Source of the DNA: Pecten maximus
Taxonomy: Eukaryota
Direction of reading: 5' to 3'
Length of the DNA stretch: 64,000 nt
Assembly (NCBI RefSeq): GCF_902652985.1
Contig: NC_047022.1
Location: 42,408,001 to 42,472,000 of the forward strand
A model generated the notes under the pieces. It saw nothing but the letters and a program-made list of their open reading frames with translations. It searched no databases and was not told the DNA's origin. Positions within the stretch are counted from its first letter, which is position 1. Each line of letters opens with the position of its first letter. Of the stretch, positions 39,001 to 50,949 are shown piece after piece. The position numbers and the translations under genes were made by a program.

Positions 39001-40747
39001 GTTTCGGCCATTTTGGTATGACATTGCAATGACATCATTACGTCAAGATTTATGACGTAATGTTACAGGTGCCTGTAGCGGTACAGAGTACGAGTGCCCA
39101 GACAACACGTGTATCCCAAAAGAATGGGTGTGTGACGGCAGTAACGACTGTGGCGATTTGGCGGACGAGGACAACTGTGGAAAACAAACAGGTACTGAAC
39201 AAATATCTCGAAAAAATATCTGGAATTGTGTAAATGAATGCAATCCTGCATGTACTTAGTAATTTGAAGTTTCCAATTGAAACTGGGCGGTGGCAATATA
39301 CATATGTATTTCAAAATCATATAGAAAATATGTATCTGATGATAAGATAAAGTTGAAAATGTGTATGCTTTTCTGTTTTCTTGTAAAAAATGATGACAAG
39401 AAATTCGCGGAAAAAGTATGTTTATTTTTTTTCTATTTAGGATTGTCTGGCTGTAGGAGTAGCGCATGGCAAAATGGTACTTCCGGTTCCTTCAGCAGTA
39501 TGGACTACACTGGACCAATCTCGGAGTATGAAAATGATACCGAATGTCATTGGGATATCAATGTTCCTGATGGCAAGGTAAGTAGCAAGATGCTGGGAAC
39601 GTGTAATCACTGCTGAATATTGTGTGACATACTCCATCCTAGTTCAGCTCTAAATGTTGGTTAGGTTGCACCATAGAGTGTCTAGACAAGGTATTAGAAG
39701 TATTTCCAAAGGTAAGTTATCCTTTTCAAACTACAGTGTACATGTATAATGTCCGCAAAAGAATTTCTAATGAGGCCACGTGTTAAAAAATATATGCGAT
39801 TTGTCAATGAGTGACCTTAAAGTAAGTTGATGAAAAATAATATTAAAAATAATCAAGCATATTAAATACTTATAGTATAGCTGATACCCAGAAACTGACG
39901 GACAATCCATTGAGAGCGCTCGTCACACACTGGTGAGGCCATGCTTTGTGATTTAGAAGCTTGTTTTTATATAGGGTCCACGATCAAACAGAATAAGATA
40001 CCGGCAAAGTAATTGCTTTCTTGAAAGAGAAAAAAATCTTACACAAAATTATAGTTAAAATAATATAATAAAATTATATATCTGGTAGTTTATCAGGTTG
40101 ACATTTGACCCCGACTTTGAGATCGAGGAGGGCCATGCTGTTTGCGACACCGACCGACTTACTATATTTAATGGCAAAGACCATTCCCTTATAGGTAAGT
40201 CCTAACAGCTGTCGTGGCACACATAAATATAGACAAACATATATCAGATTTAGTCACGGATACTGACTCGACCGAGGTCAAGGTCGCTGTTTTTTGTTTG
40301 TTATTCAAGTATACCGACTGAGATCGAAGTCGGGGTTTGTAATTTATAAAAGTATATTGACCGATATTCATTGCTCTTTGTCCTTCTTTATATAATTATT
40401 TGAAAAATAAGACGAATTCTATTCACGGTTTGTTCTATTTTAATGTGACCTTGACCTTAAGCACTTGATGAATATCCGTTGTTAACCTTTCATAAATACT
40501 GGAATTAAAGATTTTGAAATTGTCTGGGAAAACTAACGTGTCGACATTTATTCAGAAACAATAAATAAATAAATTCCGGTGACTTTAAGTCAAATTCCCG
40601 TGACATTTAAGTCATGTTCCAATGAACTTTAAGTCAAATTCAAGTGACCATTAAGTAAACGTATTTCATATTAAACTGGATGAAATATATTGTTTTAAAT
40701 AGTTGACATGCGACACGATCCAGAATATAATCCGTGTGTTTTACCAA

Positions 40748-40880
40748 GGCGTCTGCTTCTGGTTGATATTTATAGAAACAATAGTATCCCCCACTCTTAC
40801 TTTATCAATAGTTGATATTAATCGGAGTAGAGGCTAATATTGTTTCTATTACTAAGCAATACTAACCAGAAGTAGACGCC
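40748..40880. mobile_element. Small MITE; a related shorter copy lies at ~28819-28893
   Basis: TIRs GGCGTCTGCTTCTGGTT / AACCAGAAGTAGACGCC plus inner ATAGAAACAATA / TATTGTTTCTAT; absent from copy B. Confidence 0.75.
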
Positions 40881-43721
40881 TGTGGTTAACTATAATGATG
40901 TTTATCTTGTTTTTATGTGTTCATGATATTGTTCTTGGAATAAATATATTTTTCTAGATAAGATTGAAATTAAATGGTTTATAGATAATAGAATAGATAA
41001 CTTTGGTCACTGAACACCGATTAATACATATTTTGGTCTGGTGACCCCGTTATCATAAATAGTTATTTCCTAGATATTTTCCGTTTTTTTTAATAGTTTT
41101 ATATTGTTGTTGTCTACTTAAGTTGAAATATTACAAAACCCATGATGGTCCTTTACTTCAAATGACAGATGAATACTGTGGAATGACCGCTCCTGATCCA
41201 ATCATCATCCCGAATGACCACGCACTAGTCAAGTTCTTCTCAGACGAAGAGTCGAGTTACAAGGGATTTATGATACATTGGGAAGCGGTAGACGGTATGT
41301 ACAATAGAATACATTTATTTTATAATTTATTGACAGTTGTTGTTGTTCATCATGATTATTCGAAAATCTAACTACGAGTCGATGGCGGAGGGGAACAATA
41401 AAATCTATAGATTTTACAGATGACGCAGATGTAAATCAGGCGAATGAGTCAATTATCTTGTTTCACGTGTATTTTAATTAATTCAATATTGCACAGATAC
41501 ATGTGAGAATGTTTTTATCATACATGAATTCATCACCGAGATATTAATCGCACGTGCAATTTCACATGTGCCATAAGATAGTTGATTGATATCGAGTTAT
41601 GTGATATTTGTTTTTTTACTCGTTATGTTGATTGATATCGAGTTATGTGATATTTGTTTTTTTACTCGTTATGTGATATTTGTTTTTTTACTCGTTAGGT
41701 GTGGCTAGCGATAAAACTAGGTTGATGTTATCGTATCAATAATTTCAAAATATATTTTCTGCATACCGTCAAGCGTATTTCTCTTTCATTCTGCTTTCAT
41801 CGTTAATTTTAGATTTAACTTACTGTAAATAGACATGTTCTAGCGGTTGGACGTTTTGCGGTAATCAAGGAATAATGGTCACAAATGTATCATAGTGCCT
41901 ATCTTGAATTTTGAATTTAAAAAAAAAAAAAAAATTACCTTGGTCAAAATATCTTGAATTTTGAGTCGCCAGCATAAACATTCCCATTGGCTATTTTCGG
42001 GTTCGCTGTTTGCTATAAAAAGGAACTACAAGAAAGAGATTAATAAGTAATTGATTTATAAAACGATAAACAGTTTTGTTGGTCTTTTTGGTAGCCGCTG
42101 GCCTGCCTACTGAAGTGAAACACGATACTGGTCCCCATGGGTGTGACCAGTGGATTAACTACACGGGCCCGGGGATAATACAAACTCCCAACTTTGGACC
42201 CGGGAACAACTACCCGGACAATACCACTTGTATTTGGAGAATATTTGGTCCTGAAGGTTACGTTATCAAGGTACATTTTGACGACTTTGGGGTGGAAAGC
42301 TCTTTTCTGTGTAAATTCGATAGTGTCCGAATTTACGATGGTCCTAGTACTGAGGACGATCTTCTGGCTACCATCTGTGGACGAAGACTGCCCAGAGATG
42401 AGTGGTCGAAATCAAATAACATGATGATTGCCTTCTACGCCGACAGGGTCTACAATGCGCAAGGAGTCAATGCGACATATGAGGCCGTCAAAGTGGTGTG
42501 TAAGTATTCCATCGTCTCTGGTACAGGTTGATAACATCAAAAGAAAGTGGTGTGTAAGTATGCTATCGTCTCGAGTACAGGTTGATAACATCAAATCAAA
42601 GTGTCGTACTACACGGCTGACATTGTGTCGCCAGAGACATAATAAGTATATTGTTATTCATTTTAGTGTTCGGTTATCAACGAACTCGAGCGCCATTGTA
42701 ACATCGCCTGTTCATTTTCATTTCAACATATTTTATTGACAAACAATTGGGCTGAACATCGGACTTAATCCTATATCAAAGTTCTCTCCATAGCATAGTA
42801 CATTTATTACAAATAATACGTATCCGATTATTAGTTAAGAATGGAAGTATAGGGTATATATATATATAGAGAGAGAGTGAGTATTTTCAAATAATATATA
42901 ATGATAATCTTATGTGGGAGTACTCGGTTACTACGTAGGACAAGTGTTAAATAAGAGAGCTTCCGAGTATAATGTCCATTTGGTTACTACCAGTACTTTT
43001 CTACTCATGTGTCGATCAACCATGTATCTTCCTACTGCATATAAAGTAGTACCATATAAGAATTTAAAATAAAAGTTACAGTCATCTAATGCTTGTTACG
43101 CCCAGATTAGATTATCAATTGAGATTGTTATTAGCAAGGAGATGAATAAATTCTTATACATAACTAGCTAGTCACCATATCTCGCTCAATTTAATACCGT
43201 GTAAGGCACGTAAGAAATATAATGGTACTAATTTATGACAAAAATAATAATCGCATAATGAATGTTCACATATTGAGGAATAGAATCAGTTTTTCTCTCT
43301 CTAAAAGTGGTTATATATATTCATCATTATAAATGGTAGAATGATAAAAGGAAATACATATTACTCAGGAAAGGTACATACAGGGTTGCTTTGTATATAA
43401 TATATATACATGTATATTGATAATATTATTAAATAGATGTGTCCATAAATTGAATATATGTATATATATATATTACAAAGTATGAGATAGTTTGCACTAA
43501 TACATAGTGACATGTATATATGTATTACCTGATACTTTGTATTAATATTATTCAAATAGTGAATATTGATTATAGACATATAGTGACAGTATACATGTAT
43601 TTTATTATTGATATTTCTATTGTAGGCAATCAAAAATATTTGACACTGAACATAGCCTGTTTAGTATTAGAAAAAGATGTTTATTTCTACCAGTGATTAT
43701 TAACTATCTTTGCGACTGAAT

Positions 43722-43840
43722 TTTCGAACTTTCGAAAACGTCTTTATCCTTTGTTTAGCAAAGAGTGCAAAAATTCATCAAGGCTGGGGTATTTGACTCT
43801 TTGTTTGACAAAGGAAACATACGTTTTCGAAAGCTCGAAA
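43722..43840. repeat. Foldback (inverted-repeat) element
   Basis: TTTCGAACTTTCGAAAACGT...ACGTTTTCGAAAGCTCGAAA with inner arms CCTTTGT/ACAAAGG and CAAAGAGT/ACTCTTTG; only the left arm remains in copy B (~61603). Confidence 0.75.
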
Positions 43841-46800
43841 GCAATATGTGTATTTCAAAATTGAGATATTGGATTTCCAAGATTACACAGCACTAATACT
43901 GCCTTAGTTTACTAACATTCAGACATAAATATTACACAGTACTAAAAATATGTTTTTACACTAGTTAACACTCCCACACGATAATTACCCACTTCTGACA
44001 ACGTCTTTGTATACTAGCTAACCCTCAGTCACACGAGTCGGCCTGTACCAAGAAAGTTACACTGAGAGGTGACCACGGCACTCTGACCTCTACGACGGGG
44101 TTACTGAATACCCTAACGACTTATTGTGCCGCTGGACGATTGTTGCTCCCGCTGGCAAAGTCATCACACTAACCTTTAATGTGAGTACCCGGAATCACCT
44201 TATGACGGAAGTGCAATCGTATTGGAAAATGAGAGAGTAGATAATGCGACTGTAAGGAGAACAAAGAGGATATTCATATCATATTGCGATTCTTTAATTG
44301 AGTGTGTTAGAATCTTTTCTTGGCATTTTCTACACATATATCCTGAATACCGGGTCGTTTGTATATATATATTAGGTAGATACTTTGATTAGTGATATCA
44401 CGATGCCGACAATTAAAGCCCCTCTATTTTTTTGCTTATAAATATAGAACTTAATCAAGCTAAACTTCATATTTCCTAATGGATTTTTCTTCATTTAATT
44501 ATCGGCGAATGATTCAAATTTGTAATCAACCTCTAAAAATAGAATGTGAACCAACTCATGCGCGCCGAGTTACGCACCCAGTTTGTCAAACAGAAAAGCA
44601 TGGGTTTGTTTATCAATTGCCGAAAAGTTTCATTGCCTGTTCATGTTGGCTTTTCACGTTTAACCTTTTTTTTGTCTAACAGACTCACATCTACTCTGTA
44701 AGTTGTAGATGATGCTTGCCATTTGTCCGCTCATTTTCTTTGCCTTCGCGGCAGCAACAAGTACATCTGATCGATTTTAGGCTCCTGATGCGTCAATTGC
44801 TTTGATCGCCAGTCCACCATTGGTTTAGGACATTTTCCACAGCTCATTTACATATAGGGAGCGGAGCACAGCATTACAGATTCCCCGTTATCTGTGGGTA
44901 GTTTCCCGGTTTTAATTACAATGATGAAAAACTACGGTATTGATTCTCACATTATTTCATCAGACTTGAAACTTTCAATGTCCTCTCATTACGGGATGTT
45001 ATACAGGATTTTCTGTAGCTTTATTGGGTAAGTAGCCGTGTGATAATGCCTCGTTCTGAGTAGCCATGTGATAATGCCACGTTGACTATGACGCTGCACT
45101 GAAGAACAACAACGTGACGTCATGGTCTCAACAAAATGGCCGTCTGCACATCACAGCTTTAAAGTAATTTTCTGAAAATCAGGTGGCTTTTATTTAGTTG
45201 CGATATTTTTGCAAAACCTTAGGTTGCAATTTAAGGGTATGGGGAATTCGTTTCAATTCACGTTTTTTCCCCCAAAATTACGGAATGTCATGATGCTGGA
45301 TAGGAGACAATTGCGATAGTAAAGTATCGGATAACCTTCATCTCTCTAAGCCCGATGGCCTTCATGAATGTTCATCTTCCTTGACCCTATGCTTATCATC
45401 AACTCCATATTCATATTTTTCAGTCATTTGAGACGGAGGACGACGAAGATTGCCAGTATGATTTCCTTCGCATTACGGCGATACAAATAGACGTTTGTGT
45501 GGATTTGTTTACCCAGAATACATCACGAGCCACGGACGTAATATGGACATCCGGTTTGTGACGGATGAAATCATCGGTGGATTCGGGTTCAATATAACTT
45601 ATGACATCCACGATCCAATACGTAAGTGCCATTTCTTTATTTCAATAGCACAATTTAAGATGGCCACGGAACGAAAAGGTATCTGCCTCTTCTTTTGAAA
45701 CACCGAGTTACAATTACAACTGTGTGCATACGTCTACTTATTAATGGATAAATGAGCCGACTGCTGCATCAAACAGGGACGGTGACGTTTATAATAAACC
45801 ACTCCTCCTACAACCATAATATGACATCGACAAATATAATATAAAATGTTCAACGAATCATTGGTTACGAAAGTCCAAAATTAGCATAATTATGTCCTCT
45901 TTGAGGGGTTTCAGTGGAGATAAATTTGTGTTTCATTTCCCAGCCGATTGTCCCCATGCCGACGACTTCCGGTGTAATGACAACTCGTGTATACGTGCCA
46001 ATCAAGTATGTAACGGTCAAAATGACTGTCCAGGAGGGACAGAGGAAATTGTATGCGGTGAGTGGGTTTTGGTGCGCGCGCGTGATTTTTTAAGAAAAAT
46101 ATAATAGTTTACTGTTTGTTGCAATAGGAACGAATCTCCAATTTTGTCAGAGCCAAGGTCTTGTATAAGATTGTACAGCATAACTTTGCTATCTTAGAAG
46201 CAAAATTATGTTGTCTGAAGATGTCGTCTCAGTACTCGCAAATATCAAAACTGATTATGTATTGATGACTTTCTGTAAGATCCTATATAATATTCAATTT
46301 CATAAGTTAGTGATCAATTATTGGCGACTCATCATTGGTGATCCATCATTTGCGCCTCTCGTACTTAAGTCTGATAATTTGAAATCAACATAATGGCATG
46401 TCACTAATGTTTTTATCGGAAATGTCACATATTATCGCAGGCTTTGGTTCACACATTTCCAAATGTTGAATTGGTGGTTTCCATTACACAGTATGAGTTT
46501 CGATATTAAGAATGTTTCTATCATATAAGACATCTTTATTTATTATTCGCTTCTATTACAGGGATATGTCCCCACGTGCGGAATCCCTGTCATTACGCCA
46601 TCTACTGGCAACACGAAAGTTGTCGGCGGGAAGGTGGCTATCCCAAGCAGTTTACCTTGGCAGGTGTCTCTCAGGTTTTTAAGTTCTCACATGTGTGGAG
46701 GGACACTGATTGCCCCACAGTGGATAGCTACAGCGTCTCATTGCTTTAAGGAGTACGTCACTTCTTTGCTGTATTTGTAGTGTGGTGTCCTTAACGGGAG

Positions 46801-46861
46801 TATTAACAAAGATCACCTGTATGTCATTATAAATAGTATTAAGGTTCGAATGATCAGTTCT

Positions 46862-47535
46862 ATATTCTGTCGGCGTGCAAATGATAGTGTCTTTGTATGT
46901 TACGTCAGAGATTATAGCAGGTTTGTCGATACCCTGTCGACGTAAAAATGATAGTGTCTTTGTATGTTACGTCGGAGAGTATAGCAGGTTTTGCAATACT
47001 CTGTCGGCGTAAAAATGATAGTGTCTTTGTATGTTACGTCGGAGAGTATAGCCGGTTTGTCGATACTCTGTCGGCGTAAAAATGATAGTGTCTTTGTATG
47101 TTACGTCGGAGAGTATAGCCGGTTTGTCGATACTCTGTCGGCGTAAAAATGATTGTGTCTTTGTATGTTACGTCAGAGAGTATAGCAGGTTTGTCGATAC
47201 CCTGTCGACGTAAAAATGATAGTGTCTTTGTATGTTACGTCGGAGAGTATAGCAGGTTTTGCAATACTCTGTCGGCGTAAAAATGATAGTGTCTTTGTAT
47301 GTTACGTCGGAGAGTATAGCCCGTTTGTCGATACTCTGTCGGCGTAAAAATGATAGTGTCTTTGTATGTTACGTCAGAGAGTATAGCCGGTTTGTCGATA
47401 CCCTGTCGACGTACAAATGATAGTGTCTTTGTATGTTACGTCGGAGAGTATAGCAGGTTTGACGATACTCTGTCGACGTACAAATGATTGTGTCTGTGTA
47501 TGTTACGTCGGGGAGTATAACATGTTCGTCGATAG
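46862..47535. repeat. 67-bp minisatellite, ~10 copies, with higher-order variant pattern
   Basis: Unit ATGATAGTGTCTTTGTATGTTACGTCGGAGAGTATAGC(A/C)GGTTTGTCGATACTCTGTCGGCGTAAAA. Confidence 0.95.
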
Positions 47536-48369
47536 ATAGATGAGTGTATACTAGGTCTTTAAAGCGTCTGTGTTTTTGTTTAAACATTTCACGATGTTTC
47601 AATGAAAAACGTTTTTGTTTATGGAAAAAAAATCGATGTTGTTTACTCTTATTGCAGAAAATCTTAAGTTACCTAAGTTACATAATCTTAAGTTACCTTA
47701 ACGACAAAAATAGATAACAAGGATTTATGTAACACGACCAATGAATGGAAATTCATTGGCTTTGACACGAAAATCCTTACATAAACCATAATTTTCAACC
47801 TGAAGAAAATGTTAAGAAATTAGTAAGGTTAGTAAACAATGGTAACCATAGTAAAATAGTAACACTGATAACAACGAGACAATACTAAACTTTGAGACAA
47901 AACGGTAGTTAACTTCGAGACAATGGTACATGTAGCCTTTCAAACAATGATTACCTTAACGACAATGATAACCTTCGAGAGACAATAGTAACCTTCGAGA
48001 CAATGGTGATTTTTTAAGCAATATTAACGACAATGGTAACCTTCGAGACAAGAGTTACATTAGTGACAATAGTAGACTTTGAGCCTTAACCTTAATGAAA
48101 ATATTCAATGATTTGTCGTGTTTTGCTCTAGAATGTTGAGTACTCCAAATAGACCAAGAGAGAGACTATTCGAGGACATGCAAATAACTCATTTTCAGAA
48201 AAGAATATTTTCCTTAATGAGTGTAAAGTATTCTGGATATTCACTAAGTTACTAAACTTTACTGCACCTGTACCCATACTTCAGAGTGATAAATCTGACC
48301 GAATGTAGCGGTTAACCCTTTACAGACAGCAATGGTTCATTAAGGCCAGCGATGTAATATACAGATAAC

Positions 48370-48645
48370 ATGAAAACAACTGATATTGTGGTGAAGTTGT
48401 CTGATATGAAAGGGATTGATATTGTGGTGAAGTTGTCTGATGAAGATTGGTATTGTGAAGTCACATGAAAGCAACTGTGGTATTGTGAAGATGTCTTACT
48501 TGAGAGTTAATGTGATATTGTGGTAAAGTTGTCTTACTTGAAATTAACTTTGATATCGTGGTGAAGTTGTCTAATTTGAACGCGACTGATATTGTCGAGA
48601 AGTTGTTTCACACGAAATCTAACGATATTGTGATGAAGTTGTCTT
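48370..48645. repeat. Degenerate ~39-bp tandem repeat abutting the exon 14 acceptor
   Basis: Recurrent TGATATTGTGGTGAAGTTGTCT. Confidence 0.7.
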
Positions 48646-49344
48646 TATTTATTTGCAGCAATAGAAATCCCAAGAACTGGAAAATTTACGCGGGCAAACA
48701 GCGCGAGAAGAAGAATGATCCACACCAACAGCTGAGAGACGTAGTCAAAATACTCATGAACGACCAGTTTAACCCCACAACTATGGACAACGACATTACA
48801 CTGCTGAAGGTGGACCCGCCATTTACGATCAATGATTTTGTCAGTGTTGCCTGCTTACCGACAGAAGAAGCTCCGGACGGAAAGGAATGCATGTCGTCTG
48901 GATGGGGAGATACCAAGGGTAAGGTCACGTCACTGTCCGGGTCTATTCTTTTACCAACACGTAGCGAATTATTTGAGTTGTTCGATTCTAATTTTAATTA
49001 AATGTTAGTACCTTACTGATTTAAGACATTGTCTGCAAAGTTTTGAAACAGCATAATTGCATCTTTTCGCTGTTTATTATTTTTGTTGAAAATATTTCCC
49101 CAGACATGTAAACATTGGCAGGCAGCCGAGGTTGGGGCCTTGGGATCAGCCTTCCCCACGCCACACAAACACCATATATCCCAACTCAAAAACATTCTGT
49201 TGTCAAATGCAAATTTATCAAATATAACGTTAACAAATCAAATAGTGAATACGATCGTTGATTTGTTTTCGATGATAACAAATAATTTTCAAGTGTTATC
49301 ATTTTCATGCATGCATACATACAAGACAAACGAGAAAACATGCA

Positions 49345-49650
49345 CCGAGACATACACATACTCACACCTTTACACATATACTCATCAAACCTTTACACAC
49401 ATACTCACCTTTACACACATACCCACACCTTAACACACATACTAACACCTTTACATACTCACACCTTTACACACATACCCACACCTTTACACACATACTC
49501 ACACCTTTACACACATATCCACACCTTTACACACATACCCACACCTTTACACACATACCCACACTTTACACACATACCCACACCTTTACACACATACTCA
49601 CACCTTTACACACATACTCAAACCTTTACACACATACTCAAACATACATG
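49345..49650. repeat. ~20-bp CA-rich minisatellite
   Basis: Unit ACACACATAC(T/C)CACACCTTT. Confidence 0.9.
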
Positions 49651-50949
49651 TATACATATGATCGTTACATATGTCCATTGTTAGGCACTGGCGGAGAAGG
49701 TTTTCTAAAACAAGTGACAGTCCCGGTGGTGAATTTACAAAAATGTAACGGATCTGACCTGCTGGATGGAGAGGTCACAGCCAACATGATCTGTGCAGGC
49801 TTCGACTCCGGTGGTCACGATACATGTCAGGTAATATTTCCTGGATGGTTTATAAAAACACTCCGACGATCTTGATACAGAAAATAAAATAATGTATAAT
49901 GATATATCTAGTACGATACTAAATGGATTTCTATGCTATCAACTACAATGAGAATCGTTAATGAATAGTAGACGCCTACCCTCCCGGAGCACCTGGTCTT
50001 ATTATCACTTTCTACATTTAAATCTAAATTCGTCTACATGTCGGGTTATGCTTTTCTTGACTGGCTAAATGTCTGAATCAGGGTGACAGTGGAGGACCAT
50101 TCATCTGTAAACTAAGCGGGAAATGGCAGCTGGAAGGAATTGTATCATGGGGATATGGGTGTGCAGGTAAGAAATATTGACCATAATATATATTCCTAGA
50201 TTTTTACTTTGTTTTTTGTTTTAAGATATTTCATTGGTCTGCTCTGATTCACAAACACAATTAGAACAGCTAGAAACTGTCATTTATAGTTGATCAACAA
50301 TATCAAACTTTCTATACTTTCATACTACTGATATGTTGAGATCTTCTGTAATGAAGTATGGTCAATTGCATTTAAAATGTTAACTATTTCTGTCCTTAAC
50401 TTCTAATAATATAGTGGGGTTTTCTGCTTTTGTTTTTTTTCAATTGTGTAATATTTTTCAGAACCTAACTCACCAGGAGTATACGTACGTGTAAATAACT
50501 ATATACCTTGGCTTCTACAAAACGTTGGATCACATTCTCCATAAATGTATTTTGTGTATTTCATAATTAATGTATGTATATCCAAATCAACCCACATTAA
50601 ATACGCATTTTTCATCAAATGCTTTTGTGTTATTATTACATCAAATACAAGAAGACATAAGTACCGACAAAGAAAATAGGAAAAGCAATTCATTTACTTC
50701 ATCAATTTGTCCAAAGTATCTGGAAGTATCTGAGGTTGGTCTTAGATTGGTATGTGAAGTATGTGATCTGTTAATCCCCCACCGAAAACTGTGTCCGAGC
50801 TCTATCTGACATATTGACACTTCATACCGGAAGTAGGTCACTTTGATTTACCTTGTGACCTTTGACATACACCATGGAAAAATGTCTGTGACTCTATCTC
50901 CCACCTGCAGAAAAACAACCTTCGAAGCCAAACAACAATTCACAAAATG

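Larger units (their letters stand above)
35556..50544 (+). pseudogene. Modular trypsin-like serine protease copy A (SP-CUB-LDLa-LDLa-CUB-CUB-CUB-LDLa-trypsin; enteropeptidase/matriptase-like domains), frameshifted; exons 35556-35613, 37010-37196, 37788-37975, 38301-38420, 39069-39191, 39441-39577, 40089-40194, 41169-41294, 42095-42499, 44018-44180, 45424-45621, 45944-46057, 46562-46752, 48659-48918, 49685-49830, 50082-50166, 50462-50544
   Basis: CUB and LDLa motifs; K|VVGG activation site; triad ASHC / DNDITLL / DTCQGDSGGP. Versus copy B, exon 10 is 7 nt shorter, exon 11 is 4 nt shorter and exon 13 is 1 nt longer; each change breaks the frame. Confidence 0.85.

Noticed and set aside
49307-49684. 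His/Thr-rich 125-aa ORF
   Set aside because: Translation of a CA-rich minisatellite in an intron.
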